A stretch of DNA of 30,539 nucleotides. Source: Actinomycetes bacterium. Its GTDB lineage: Bacteria > Actinomycetota > Aquicultoria > CAJVYJ01. The position numbers and the translations under genes were made by a program. This document shows positions 17,781-29,064 of this stretch, piece by piece (the stretch's first letter is position 1; every line of letters starts with the position of its first letter). The stretch covers positions 1-30,539 of the forward strand of contig JAUVQW010000001.1 of the NCBI GenBank assembly GCA_030597945.1, read 5' to 3'. The notes beneath the pieces are model-generated. The model was not told the DNA's origin. It was given only the letters and a program-made list of their open reading frames with translations, and did no database searches.

Positions 17781-18716
17781 TCATTTTCTAGATTCTGCCA
17801 TTCTTACAAGTGAATCGACAAGTTCATTAAAATCTATGCCTTCTTCTTTTGCGGCCATGGGAAGGAGGCTCGTTTCTGTCATTCCCGGGCTAGTGTTTAA
17901 CTCTAACACCCAGGGAATACCATCTTTGTCGAGAATCATATCTACCCGGGAAACATCGCGGCATCGTAAGATCGAGTGAACCTTTAAAGCAGTTTCTTGG
18001 ACTTTTTTTGTGATAGTTTCAGATAACCTTGCAGGAACATAATATTTTGTTGCACCCATCGTATATCTGGACTCAAAATCGAAGTATTCCTTGCTCGCCT
18101 CAATCTCTACTACGGGAAGTGCTTTAGGTGGATCATTGCCTAGGATGGAGACAGCAATCTCTTTTCCACTGATATATTTTTCCAGTAGAACCTTTTCATC
18201 ATAGCTTAAAGCACCGGTCAAAGCTTGCGTCAGATCGTTTTTTTCGTTTACAAACTTTACTCCGAGCGCTGAACCTTGGCTCTCGGGTTTTACAATCATA
18301 GGAAGGCCGATCTCTTTGACAACGTCAGGAAGAGCCGCAGATGCCCCCATCTCTTTAAACGACCCGGAGCTCAAAGCATAATAAGGGGGGGTATGAATAT
18401 CGTTTTGGCCAAATATCTCTTTTGCTAGCAATTTGTCAAAGCTTACAATATTTGCAAATACACCGGGGCCGGTATAGGGAATGCCCAGAATTTCTAATAT
18501 CTCCTGGGTCGTGCCGTCTTCACCATATTTGCCGTGAAGTGCCACATAAGCAACATCCGGCCTTAGTTTTTTTAATTTTTCAACAAGGGTCTCATCGACA
18601 TCCACCGCGGTTGCCTTGTGCCCTTTTTCCATTAATGCTTCATGGACACGATGGCCGCTTTTTAGCGACACCTCTCTTTCAAGCGAACGTCCTCCCATTA
18701 AAACCGCTATCTTCAT
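17781..18716 (-). CDS. ddl: D-alanine-D-alanine ligase family ATP-grasp enzyme
   Basis: GGRSLEREVSLKSG, LHGKYGEDG, KPESQGSALGV, RVD, LELNTSPGMT. SD GGGAGG. Confidence 0.88.
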   Translation of the reverse strand: MKIAVLMGGRSLEREVSLKSGHRVHEALMEKGHKATAVDVDETLVEKLKKLRPDVAYVALHGKYGEDGTTQEILEILGIPYTGPGVFANIVSFDKLLAKEIFGQNDIHTPPYYALSSGSFKEMGASAALPDVVKEIGLPMIVKPESQGSALGVKFVNEKNDLTQALTGALSYDEKVLLEKYISGKEIAVSILGNDPPKALPVVEIEASKEYFDFESRYTMGATKYYVPARLSETITKKVQETALKVHSILRCRDVSRVDMILDKDGIPWVLELNTSPGMTETSLLPMAAKEEGIDFNELVDSLVRMAESRK

Positions 18717-18725
18717 AAAGCCTCC

Positions 18726-18758
18726 CTTGATATGAATATTATAATATTTATTATCAAG
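18726..18758. promoter_or_regulatory. 33-bp AT-rich imperfect palindrome containing a -10 hexamer upstream of ddl
   Basis: CTTGATA-TG-AATATTATAATATT-TAT-TATCAAG. The central 14 bp is a perfect palindrome; TATAAT at 18743-18738 on the minus strand. Confidence 0.55.
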
Positions 18759-18768
18759 CCAACATCAT

Positions 18769-20025
18769 TCATTTGCTCTTTTTATTTAATCGATCTGCGA
18801 CCGAATGATAGAGTGAGATCTGGTTTTTCACGACCCCGGCCAAGCGCTTTATTCCTTCTCCTATTTCTTCCTCTTCCGGATAACAAAATGCCAGCCTCAT
18901 AAAATTTTGGCCCTTTCCGTCTGCATAAAAAGCCCTTCCAGGAACATAGGCCACTTTTTTCGAGATGGCTTCAGCTAACATCTCCGTCGTATCTATAAAC
19001 TCAGGTAGTTTTGCCCAAACAAAAAAACCGCCTTGAGGTTTTGTCCAGGATGCTTCTTTGGGAAAATATTCTTCCAGACTTTTAAGCATGATCTCGCATC
19101 TTGATCTATACCGGCTGACAAGTTTGTCCAGATACTTGTTGATATCATTGGTATTAAAAAAGTACTCCACAAGCCTTTGGGTGAAAGAACTGGTACAAAG
19201 GTTTGCCGATTGCTTACCAAAGATCACTTTTTCTAGGATCGGGGTTGGGGCTATCAACCAACCCAGCCTTACTCCCGGTGAAAATATTTTTGAGAACGTT
19301 CCGAGATAGATAATATTTTCATCCATCGCTCTTAATGAGGGGATTGGTTTTCCTTCAAAACGCAATCTTCCGTAAGGGTTGTCTTCCACTATCAGTAGCT
19401 CGTAGTCTTGGGCCAATTTTAATATCTTTTTTCTTCTAGCCATGGAAAGAGTGACACCTGCGGGGTTGTGAAAATTAGGGACCAGATATAAATATTTTGC
19501 TCTTCTACCCTTTTTAGCAAGGCTTTTTAGTTTTTTTTCTAGTTCCTCAACAATGATCCCGTGCCTATCAAGGGGAACGCTTTCAAAGTTTGGCTGGTAT
19601 CCTGAGAAAGCATTAAGCGCCCCCACATAGCTTGGTGCCTCGACGATTATCGTATCACCGGGATCGACAAATACTTTAGCCACTAAATCTAAGCCTTGTT
19701 GCGAACCATCCGTGATAATAATCTCTCCTTGATCGACCACCACACCTTCGGCTGCCATAATATCGACAATCAGTTTTTTTAGGCCGATATGGCCTTCTGA
19801 GGGTCCGTATTGAAGAGCGGCATTTCCTTCGAGTCTCATCATCTCTTTAGCCGCTGCGACGATCTTTTCTTCCCTTAACCCTTTTGTATATGGTAGGCCG
19901 CCTGCCAGAGATATAACGTCCGGCCTAGATGTTACGCTGAGTAGGTCTCTTACGGCAGATGACTTTAATTCACTTGCCCTGTCAGCGTAAAGATCTACCC
20001 ATTTATCAAATTGATACTGAGACAT
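18769..20025 (-). CDS. PLP-dependent aminotransferase class I/II (MocR-like catalytic domain without HTH; 2-aminoadipate transaminase-like)
   Basis: ISLAGGLP, LQYGPSEG, ITDGSQQGL, PNFHNPAG, VEDNPY, GTFSKIFSPGVRLGW, GGFFVW, MRLAF. Confidence 0.9.
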   Translation of the reverse strand: MSQYQFDKWVDLYADRASELKSSAVRDLLSVTSRPDVISLAGGLPYTKGLREEKIVAAAKEMMRLEGNAALQYGPSEGHIGLKKLIVDIMAAEGVVVDQGEIIITDGSQQGLDLVAKVFVDPGDTIIVEAPSYVGALNAFSGYQPNFESVPLDRHGIIVEELEKKLKSLAKKGRRAKYLYLVPNFHNPAGVTLSMARRKKILKLAQDYELLIVEDNPYGRLRFEGKPIPSLRAMDENIIYLGTFSKIFSPGVRLGWLIAPTPILEKVIFGKQSANLCTSSFTQRLVEYFFNTNDINKYLDKLVSRYRSRCEIMLKSLEEYFPKEASWTKPQGGFFVWAKLPEFIDTTEMLAEAISKKVAYVPGRAFYADGKGQNFMRLAFCYPEEEEIGEGIKRLAGVVKNQISLYHSVADRLNKKSK

Positions 20026-20200
20026 CTTGTCACCTTGTTAATAACTTTCCTGACAATATAACACTTTCCTATAAAATAGCTTAATAGTCTTTCTATAAAA
20101 AATGGCTTTATTGTTTTATAAAAGGGGCCGCTCGTACTACGCTCTCTTGCTCAAAGCATTCTACTCGTTGAATATTATCCTTCTCCTACTCTTACCTGGT

Positions 20201-20229
20201 ACTATAATAAATATGTTGTATTTCATTAA
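20201..20229 (-). promoter_or_regulatory. Candidate leftward promoter, divergent from the dnaA unit
   Basis: TTAATG, 17-nt spacer, TATAGT on the minus strand. Confidence 0.4.
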
Positions 20230-20230
20230 C

Positions 20231-20259
20231 TTGCTAGCTAGGTCTTGCTTTGATATAAT
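20231..20259 (+). promoter_or_regulatory. Promoter of the ATPase-wHTH/dnaA unit
   Basis: TTGCTA (20231-20236), 17-nt spacer ending in TGA, TATAAT (20254-20259): a -35 plus an extended -10. Confidence 0.7.
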
Positions 20260-20402
20260 CGATTCGTTTGAATACCAAGGCGCCTAACTTTTCCGTATTC
20301 TCTTTGATGCCTTTTTTATTTATCGCATTTTGAAAACATACGAAAAACTTTTTTGGCACTTATCTGGCCTTTTTATCAAAAAGAAGGATACTGTGTCATT
20401 TG

Positions 20403-20434
20403 TTTTCCACAGTTGTGGAGATACTTGTGGATAA
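20403..20434. promoter_or_regulatory. DnaA-box cluster (left part of oriC / autoregulatory boxes)
   Basis: TTTTCCACA (20403-20411, +), ATCTCCACA (20422-20414, -, degenerate), perfect TTATCCACA (20434-20426, -). Confidence 0.8.
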
Positions 20435-20577
20435 ATCGGTGTTGTTGCTGTAAGAACAGTGTCATAGTATTTTTTGTTTTTTGTCTGAGCTTTGTTTTTA
20501 CGGGTTGTTTTTTCTAGTGTTTCGAACATGTTTTGTTAAAAACCTTGTTAATAAACGATTATGAGACGAGATGTATC

Positions 20578-21348
20578 ATGGCTGTTTTTTTGGAAAAGAT
20601 ATCTGAGGGTTCCGTCGATGAGGATCAAGAAAAAAGCGTTGCCCGTTTAGCTATATATGATAATCTGAAAGTCAGCCCTAGGGTCATAGAGTTATCCGCA
20701 GCTGGATTTGACGATTTTATAAGCCTCTTAGCATCGAAAGCTTATCAATCATCACAAGAAAAGGGGGGCTCTATCCCTTTTACGGTAATTAAAGAAGTCG
20801 TGGAAAACCTTATCCACGCTTACTTTAAAGAGATCACTATTACGATCTTGGACGAAGGAAACACTATAAGAATATCGGATCAGGGTCCGGGGATACAGGA
20901 TAAAAACAAAGTAATGTTGCCAGGTTTTTCAACAGCTACCTCGAAGATGAGAGATTTTATAAAAGGGGTCGGATCAGGGCTTCCAGTAGTAAAAGAGTCG
21001 ATCTCCTTTTTGGGTGGCACAATATCAGTTGACGATAATATTGATAAAGGGACCGTAATAACCTTGAGGGTCCCAGCGGATAAAGAAGAGGTGCCGATAG
21101 AGAATGATAAAGAAGAGGCTTCTTGGAACAAACTAACAGACAGGCAAAGAAAGGTCCTGTTTTTGGTAACAGAGCTTGGTTCTGTCGGTCCCTCAAGGGT
21201 CGCATCAGAGCTAAGTATCTCTCTTAGTACGGCCTTTCGCGACCTTGCTCTTTTAGAGAAGTTTGGACTTATTAAAACGGTCGCAAACGGAAAAAGGGCT
21301 TTGACAAGCGACGGCCTCGAAAAACTTGACCACTACATAGATTCATAG
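20578..21348 (+). CDS. GHKL (HATPase_c) ATPase fused to a C-terminal winged HTH; no HisKA/DHp domain
   Basis: N-box EVVENLIHA, G1 ISDQGPGI, F-box GFST, G2 GVGSGLPVV, KGTVITL; then LTDRQRKVL...VASELSISLSTAFRDLALLEKFGLI. Start at ATG 20578 or TTG 20533. Confidence 0.82.
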   Translation: MAVFLEKISEGSVDEDQEKSVARLAIYDNLKVSPRVIELSAAGFDDFISLLASKAYQSSQEKGGSIPFTVIKEVVENLIHAYFKEITITILDEGNTIRISDQGPGIQDKNKVMLPGFSTATSKMRDFIKGVGSGLPVVKESISFLGGTISVDDNIDKGTVITLRVPADKEEVPIENDKEEASWNKLTDRQRKVLFLVTELGSVGPSRVASELSISLSTAFRDLALLEKFGLIKTVANGKRALTSDGLEKLDHYIDS

Positions 21349-21358
21349 AAAGGTAGGG

Positions 21359-22714
21359 ATGGGGGAGTTAGGCAGAGTGTGGGATGAGACGCTTGATTTA
21401 ATCAAGTCCCAATTAAACCTACCCACTTTTAATATGTGGTTTGCCAATACCCACCCCCTCGAGCTAGATGATGAGCGGTTTGTGTTGGCTGCTCCAAATA
21501 AATTTGCCAAAGAGTGGCTTGAGTCCAGATACTTATCCTTAATCAGAGGCTCTCTTCAAGAGGTCATCGGCCAAGAGGTGTCGATCTCTCTCGTCCTGGC
21601 AGCATCACCAGCAATTTCTTCTGACAAAACCGTTGTTGAGGAGAAAAACCAAGCAAAAGAGCTGGGGGCAACCTTGCCCGATATCCCCCATTCGAAACTC
21701 AAATACACGTTTGATTCATTTGTCATCGGGTCAAGTAATCGTTTTGCTCATGCCGCCGCTCTCGCGGTAGCAGAAAAACCGACCAAGGCTTACAATCCTC
21801 TTTTTATCTATGGAGGCGTTGGTCTTGGTAAGACACACTTACTTCAGGCAATTAACAATTATGTTTTAAGCCATCATCAAAACTTCAAATCCAAATATGT
21901 TTCATCGGAAAAATTTACGAACGACTTCATAAATTCGATCAGGGACAAGAATAAAATCGTCGGTTTTCAAAAGAGATACAGGGGAAACGACGTGCTGTTG
22001 ATCGACGATATACAATTTCTCGAGAACAAGGAAGCAACCCAGGAAGAGTTTTTTCATACCTTCAACACCCTTTATGAAGCAGGTAAGCAGATCGTTATTT
22101 CGAGCGATAGGCCACCGAAAGATATCGCTACACTTGAAGACCGCCTTAGAACCAGGTTTGAGTCCGGTCTCACTGTTGATATCCAACCGCCCGACATAGA
22201 GACAAGGATCGCAATACTTAGAAAACAGGTCCAACACAAAGAAATCGCCGTCTCGGATGAGGTGCTTGAGATGATAGCGTCAAAGATCCAGTCGAACATC
22301 CGGGAGCTTGAAGGAGCACTTACTAGGATTGTGGCGTTTTCCTCACTTACAAATGATGATATTGACGTCGTAATGGCTGAAGAAATATTAAAAGACATCT
22401 TTCCCAACCACGAAGTCAGACCGGTTACTATTGAGGTTATACAAAAAGAAGTCAGCCGTTTTTTTCGACTTTCTGTTACTGATCTAATAAGTAAAAAAAG
22501 ATCTCATTCAGTACTTCTTCCAAGACAGATAGCGATGTATCTCGCAAGAGATTTAACAGATCTATCTCTTCCCAAAATAGGTGCAAAGTTTGGCGGACGC
22601 GATCATACAACAGTTCTCCATGCTGTCTCTAAGGTCGAGAAGATGCTCAGTGAACATCGCGACGTTTATAATCAGGTAAAAGATCTTACGAACAAAATCA
22701 AACAAAGGTGTTGA
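21359..22714 (+). CDS. dnaA: Chromosomal replication initiator
   Basis: YTFDSFVIGSSNRFA, YNPLFIYGGVGLGKT, LLIDDIQF, NIRELEGAL, SLPKIGAKFGGRDHTTVLHA. Confidence 0.99.
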   Translation: MGELGRVWDETLDLIKSQLNLPTFNMWFANTHPLELDDERFVLAAPNKFAKEWLESRYLSLIRGSLQEVIGQEVSISLVLAASPAISSDKTVVEEKNQAKELGATLPDIPHSKLKYTFDSFVIGSSNRFAHAAALAVAEKPTKAYNPLFIYGGVGLGKTHLLQAINNYVLSHHQNFKSKYVSSEKFTNDFINSIRDKNKIVGFQKRYRGNDVLLIDDIQFLENKEATQEEFFHTFNTLYEAGKQIVISSDRPPKDIATLEDRLRTRFESGLTVDIQPPDIETRIAILRKQVQHKEIAVSDEVLEMIASKIQSNIRELEGALTRIVAFSSLTNDDIDVVMAEEILKDIFPNHEVRPVTIEVIQKEVSRFFRLSVTDLISKKRSHSVLLPRQIAMYLARDLTDLSLPKIGAKFGGRDHTTVLHAVSKVEKMLSEHRDVYNQVKDLTNKIKQRC

Positions 22715-22899
22715 TAATGTTGTTAGTAATTATTGGGTTGTTTAACTATTAAGCAATTTTCAACTGTTTCCAATATCACATCTACAGCCTTATCAACAAG
22801 GCGACGCGATAGACCAGTATGGTAAATGTGTGTTTTTCCACATAATAACAGCGACTATAAGTACGACTATATTTTTATATATAAGTATTATATAAATAA
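22709..22899. other. oriC core between dnaA and dnaN: DnaA boxes, degenerate trio-like repeats and AT-rich DUE
   Basis: TTATCAACA (22717-22709 -, 22790-22798 +), TTTTCCACA (22834-22842), CTA-TAA-GTA-CGA-CTA (22855-22869), then 30 nt with a single G (22870-22899). Confidence 0.8.
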
Positions 22900-22912
22900 G
22901 AGGGAGGATTAA

Positions 22913-24025
22913 TTGTTAATAAAGTGCTTAAAAGAAGATCTTTTTTCAGCTCTTCAAATTATTCAAAAAGGCGCGGCGGTACAAACAACCCTTGAGATTT
23001 TATCCGGGTTAATGCTTGAAGCCGAAAACGACTCTCTTTTACTCTACGCAACAAACTTAGAGATCTCAATCAAGACCTCAATAGAGGCCACTGTAGAAAA
23101 AAACGGTAAAACAGTTGTTCCAGCAAAACTTATTGTCGATGTCGTAAAAAACCTGCCTGACGGGGTATTAGAACTAAGCCTTGATCCTAAAGAAGGACAA
23201 GAGCTGACCATAAAAGCTAAAAACTCGGATTATAAATTAAGAGCGCTCTCACCCGAGGACTTTCCAGAGTTTCCTAGTGTTGACAAAAAACTAATGGTAA
23301 AAACAAGGGCAACCGATCTCCACGATGCTTTAAGACAGACTTTAAGGGCTGTATCTAGAGATGAGACAAGACCGATTTTAAACGGCATTTTGTTTCGGTT
23401 GGAAGAGGATAATTTAAAAGTAGTGGCAACGGATAGCTATAGGCTTGCTGTAAGAGATCTTAAACTAGATTCGGTTATTGGCGAGAAAACGGAAATAGTA
23501 GTTCCCTGGCGCGCCCTAGACGAACTGCAAAAAATAATTCCCAGCGCGTCGAAGGATATAAATATCTCTATCAGTGAAAATCAGATCTTATTTGAAACCG
23601 CTGATGTCGTATTTATTTCCCGATTAATAGAGGGACAATTTCCCAACTACCAACAACTGCTTCCCGACAACTACAAACTCAGCTTAGAGCTGGAAAGAGA
23701 AGGTTTTGTCAGTGCGATCACCCGCGCTGCTTTAATCGCTCAAAAAAACCAATCTATTAAGATAAAACTTGATAGCACGAGGTTGATAGTTACATCCTCG
23801 ACCCAAGGTGTGGGTGAGGCTCAAGAAGAATTGCCTGTAAATGCAAGTGGCGGAGGTGAGATCGAGATAGCCTTTAATGCCCAATACTTGTTGGATGGAA
23901 TACAGGGAATCAAAAACGAAAACATTAAGTTGGATCTTAACGATTCGATCAGTCCCGGTTTATTAAGTAAGGACAACGACGACAGTTTTTTCTATCTTAT
24001 AATGCCGATCAGAGTAGGAAATTAA
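22913..24025 (+). CDS. dnaN: DNA polymerase III beta clamp
   Basis: ATNLEISI, SRDETRPILNG, VATDSYRLA, SRLIEGQFPNY, IAFNAQYLLD, YLIMPIR. TTG start with GGGAGG SD. Confidence 0.98.
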   Translation: MLIKCLKEDLFSALQIIQKGAAVQTTLEILSGLMLEAENDSLLLYATNLEISIKTSIEATVEKNGKTVVPAKLIVDVVKNLPDGVLELSLDPKEGQELTIKAKNSDYKLRALSPEDFPEFPSVDKKLMVKTRATDLHDALRQTLRAVSRDETRPILNGILFRLEEDNLKVVATDSYRLAVRDLKLDSVIGEKTEIVVPWRALDELQKIIPSASKDINISISENQILFETADVVFISRLIEGQFPNYQQLLPDNYKLSLELEREGFVSAITRAALIAQKNQSIKIKLDSTRLIVTSSTQGVGEAQEELPVNASGGGEIEIAFNAQYLLDGIQGIKNENIKLDLNDSISPGLLSKDNDDSFFYLIMPIRVGN

Positions 24026-24026
24026 A

Positions 24027-24338
24027 GTGATCAAACTCGAGACTATTCTGGTAGAGACGTCCAAGTTACTTGGTATCTCGTCACGACTGGAAGACGAAAA
24101 AATAATCGAATGTTGGGGTTCGGTTGTTGGAGAAGAACAAAGCAATCACACAAAAGCCCTGTACTTTAAAAGAGGTATTCTTTATGTCGATACGACCAGC
24201 CCGTCTTGGACACATCGCCTAACGATCAACAAGAAAATATTTATCGAAGAATTAAATAAAATAGCGAGCAAAACAGTCAAAGATATCAGGTTTTCTTCAA
24301 CTGGATCGATTTCTGTTAGGGATAGTAATAACGAGTAA
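24027..24338 (+). CDS. DUF721/DciA family protein
   Basis: WGSVVGEEQSNHT...LYVDTTSPSWTHRL...KDIRF (KH-like DciA core); canonical position before gyrB. Confidence 0.8.
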   Translation: MIKLETILVETSKLLGISSRLEDEKIIECWGSVVGEEQSNHTKALYFKRGILYVDTTSPSWTHRLTINKKIFIEELNKIASKTVKDIRFSSTGSISVRDSNNE

Positions 24339-24384
24339 AAACATCGTTAATTTTTATGATAAGATGATGGCGGCCACGTGGTAG

Positions 24385-26303
<1,919 letters not shown>

Positions 26304-26304
<1 letters not shown>

Positions 26305-26549
26305 TGACAGACAAAAGCGATGTAGACAAGAAGCTTAAAAAATTAAAAGAAGAGAACGAAAAAGAGTTCAAGAAAATAGTCAATAGAAGCGGTCTGGTCA
26401 TGATAGGCTTAAGCATCATATTGGCTGTGACTTTTTTCTATATTTTTTATTTAAGTCAAAAGCGAACAGTAGATGTTTTGATGATCATAGCTGCTATTTT
26501 AGTAAGTGTGGCGTTTTTTGCGATGGGGCTCAAGAGATACTTGGACTAG
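26304..26549 (+). CDS. Small hypothetical protein with two TM helices
   Basis: TAATG overlap with the gyrB stop; charged N-terminus followed by two hydrophobic segments. Confidence 0.75.
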
Positions 26550-26583
26550 CCAGAAGAAAATCGGATATTAGAAAGGATAAATC

Positions 26584-29064
26584 TTGGAACCGGTGATGGG
26601 AAAGATCGGCCTTGTTGATATAGAAGACGAAATGAAGGGCTCCTATATAGATTATGCGATGAGCGTGATTGTTGGAAGAGCTCTTCCCGATGTTAATGAC
26701 GGACTAAAACCGGTCCACAGAAGAATCCTATACGCGATGTTCGACCAGGGCATGTTGCCCAATAAAAGATACGAAAAGTGTGCCGCGACCGTGGGAGAGG
26801 TTTTAAAGAAATATCATCCACACGGCGATAGCGCTGTTTACGATACGCTTGTTAGGATGGCTCAAGACTTTTCTCTTAGATACCCGTTGATCGACGGACA
26901 AGGAAACTTTGGTTCGGTCGATGGAGATTCGGCGGCCGCCTACAGATATACAGAAGCCCGCTTGTCAAAAATAGCCATGGAGCTTTTAAGGGATATCCAA
27001 AAAGACACGGTAGATTTTACTCCCAATTTTTCAGAGACAACAAAAGAGCCAGCGGTACTTCCGGCAAGGTTTCCCAACCAGCTTGTCAACGGTTCATCCG
27101 GTATAGCTGTGGGAATGGCGACAAACATCCCTCCTCATAATCTTCGTGAAGTAATAGAGGGGGTCATTATGACCATTGATAAACCGGATATCGAGGTAGA
27201 GGAACTGATGCAAGTAGTAAAAGGGCCGGATTTTCCCACTGCCGGGTTCATAATGGGACGAGAAGGGATCGTCGATACATTCAAGACCGGACGAGGCAGT
27301 ATAAAGATTCGCGGTAAGGCCGGGATCGAGGAGACAAAGGGAAGCAGGATGCGGATTATCGTCAGCGAACTTCCCTATCAGGTCAACAAAGCCCGCTTAA
27401 CTGAGAAGATAGCCGAGCTGGTCAGAGAGAAGAAGATAACCGAGATATCTGATCTCCGCGATGAGTCTGATCGAAGCGGCATGAGGTTAGTAATCGAGCT
27501 TAAGCGGGACTGTATCCCTCAGGTGGCTCTGAACAAGCTATATAAACACACCCAACTTGAAACCTCTTTCGGGGTAATAATGTTAGCCCTGGTAGATGGT
27601 GTACCAAAAATCTTAAACCTTAAGAACGTCATCGGACATTACGTCGGTCATCAGGAAAACGTTATAACCAGAAGGACCAAGTATGAATTAAAACAGGCGG
27701 AGGATAGAGCGCATATTCTTGAAGGACTGCTAGTTGCCCTAAACAATCTCGACGAGATCATCAAAACGATTAAAGCATCAAAGACGCCGGATGAGGCACG
27801 GGAAAAACTAATAAAAGGATGGGAGCTTACCGAGATCCAGGCCCAGGCAATCCTTGAAATGAGGCTCCAGCGCCTAACCGGTCTTGAGAGAGAAAAAGTT
27901 GAAGCGGAGCATAAGGAGCTAGTCAAGACGATTAAAGAATTAAAAGGGATCCTGGCTGATAAGAAAAAGATCCACTCCATCATTAAAGAAGAACTCGAAG
28001 AGATAAAAAAGGTCCACGGAGATGAGAGAAGAACCGTGATAACCAGCGCGGAAGGCGAGATCGATATAGAGGACCTGATAGCCGAAGAGGACATGGTGAT
28101 CACTATTACTCGTTCCGGCTATCTAAAAAGACAGCCGGTTACGACCTACAGGAAGTAACATCGGGGCGGGCGCGGGATCGTCGGCATGAATCTAAAGGAA
28201 GATGATTTTGTTGAACACCTCTTTATATCATCGACCCATAACTACATTCTCTTTTTCTCTAATAAAGGCAAGGTTTACCGGCTGAAAGTCCACGAATTGC
28301 CCATGGGGAGCAGGCAATCGAAAGGGCAATCTGTCGTAAATGTACTGCCTTTTTCTCAGGGTGAAGAAATAGCGGCTGTGATCACCGCAAAAGATTTTAA
28401 AGAACATAAATATTTGATAATGGGGACAAAAAAAGGAAGAGTCAAAAAAACCGAATTCGGTCTTTACAACACTGCAAGAAGAGATGGGATAATCGCCATA
28501 AGCTTAAGAGACGGCGATGAGCTTATCGGCGCAAAACTTACAACTGGCGAGAGCGAAATAATTCTGGTTTCCACTCAAGGGCAGTCTATCAGGTTTAGTG
28601 AAGAAGATGTTCGGCCGATGGGGAGGACAGCCTCAGGTGTGCTGGGGATGAGGGTTCCCGACGACCATGAAGTTTTGTCAATGGAAGTGGCCAGAGATGA
28701 CGCCTCGTTATTTGTCATAACAGCGAATGGGTTTGGGAAAAGAACTTTGATCAGCCAATATCGAGTTCAACATCGGGGCGGCCGCGGGGTCAAGACGATA
28801 AAGGCCACTGCCCAAAAAGGACGGCTTGCAGGGGTGAAGATGGTAATGCCCTCTCATGAATTGATGATAGTATCCAGTGAAGGGATAATAATACGTCTAC
28901 CTGCGGATGGGATCTCCCAGACGGGAAGAGACACTCAGGGCGTAAAGATAATGAATCTAAAAAAAGACGACAAGGTTAGCGCGATTGCCAGAGTCGTTGC
29001 AACAAAAAACGAGGTCGATGAGGATGATGAAGGGGAAAGCGAAGAAGGAGAGAAAGAAGAGTAA
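26584..29064 (+). CDS. gyrA: DNA gyrase subunit A, interrupted by one in-frame TAA at 28156-28158
   Basis: [23 protein letters not shown] (catalytic Tyr), [14 protein letters not shown]. The frame continues past TAA as [11 protein letters not shown] into the beta-pinwheel CTD and an acidic tail. The two ORF-track ORFs share one frame. Confidence 0.92.

Noticed and set aside
20041-20130. Loose direct repeats (CTTTCCTATAAAATAGC / CTTTCTATAAAAAATGGC)
   Set aside because: Degenerate and AT-rich; not distinguishable from background by eye.
20102-20529. ORFs 20102-20287 (+) and 20320-20529 (-) in the origin spacer
   Set aside because: No SD, compositionally biased, and they overlap the promoter and DnaA boxes; neither resembles L34.
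20517-20536. parS-like or LexA-box-like TGTTTCGAACATGTTTTG
   Set aside because: Not the 16-bp parS palindrome, and only one GAAC/GTTC half-site.
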